64,000 nucleotides of DNA from Octopus bimaculoides (Eukaryota): positions 120,194,214 through 120,258,213 of the forward strand of contig NC_068981.1 in NCBI RefSeq assembly GCF_001194135.2, given 5' to 3'. The position numbers and the translations under genes are program-made. Shown piece by piece: positions 63,611 through 64,000 of this stretch (position 1 is the first letter of the stretch; each line of letters starts with the position of its first letter). The notes below the pieces were generated by a model that saw only the letters and a program-made list of their open reading frames with translations, had not been told where the DNA came from and made no database searches.

Positions 63611-64000
63611 CCTTAAATCATAATTGTAAAAATCTGAGGTACTCATAGGTACCTCTTGTGCCACACATCAGTGCACTGCAGTGTATTGTTTAAGACCTGC
63701 TATTCTAAAATTACATGAATTTGTTGTGTGCCTTGCTCTAGGAGCACAACTTAGGATTATCTGGAATTGTGCTTTGACTTCACTGCATGGTCCTGAGCAA
63801 GAACATTTGAGTTCAGTTGTTTCTACAAAAAATCCAACTAAAGCTAGCATGAATAAAAACTGATGTGAAAAAAAGGAGAAATAAGGAATAAAAAAATTCC
63901 AATATTGATAAAATAAAATTTTAAAAAGTCATTTGGAATAGTTTTAGAACGTGTTAACTGCATTTGGTAACTTTTGAAAGTGTAACATTCTAATATGATG

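Overview
AT-rich, microsatellite- and transposon-dense animal genomic DNA with 10 N-gaps, most flanked by (TA)n or (CA)n. The repeat content (tRNA-derived SINEs, RTE LINEs with (ATG)n tails, TTAA MITEs) looks like an Octopus/coleoid cephalopod scaffold; this is inference. One host gene is supported: a + strand lysosomal GH35 beta-galactosidase (GLB1 orthologue). I reconstructed it by hand as 15 GT-AG exons from 11935 to the TAA ending at 58956 (1711 nt, about 569 aa, frame continuous). It keeps the acid/base Glu (VENEYG) and nucleophile Glu (SEFYTGW). The 5' exons (human exons 1-2) are not in the window. Intron positions match human GLB1 except for one extra intron. The rest is mobile DNA: RTE, R4/Dong, Tx1 and CR1 LINEs, a Penelope-like element, mariner/maT, hAT, piggyBac-like and Helitron/Helentron elements, and three SINE families. 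The best leads are: (i) GH35 motif changes (human C127 to D; ENMGRVNYG to ENQAHITFG, where the His codon is one A-to-I edit from the conserved Arg); (ii) several strong intronic fold-backs, including a 173-bp zero-spacer palindrome; (iii) a variable-copy hairpin array in the RTE 3' UTR; (iv) decayed hammerhead-like motifs. I found no clearly new protein-coding system. Repeat boundaries are approximate (tens of bp) unless termini or TSDs are quoted.
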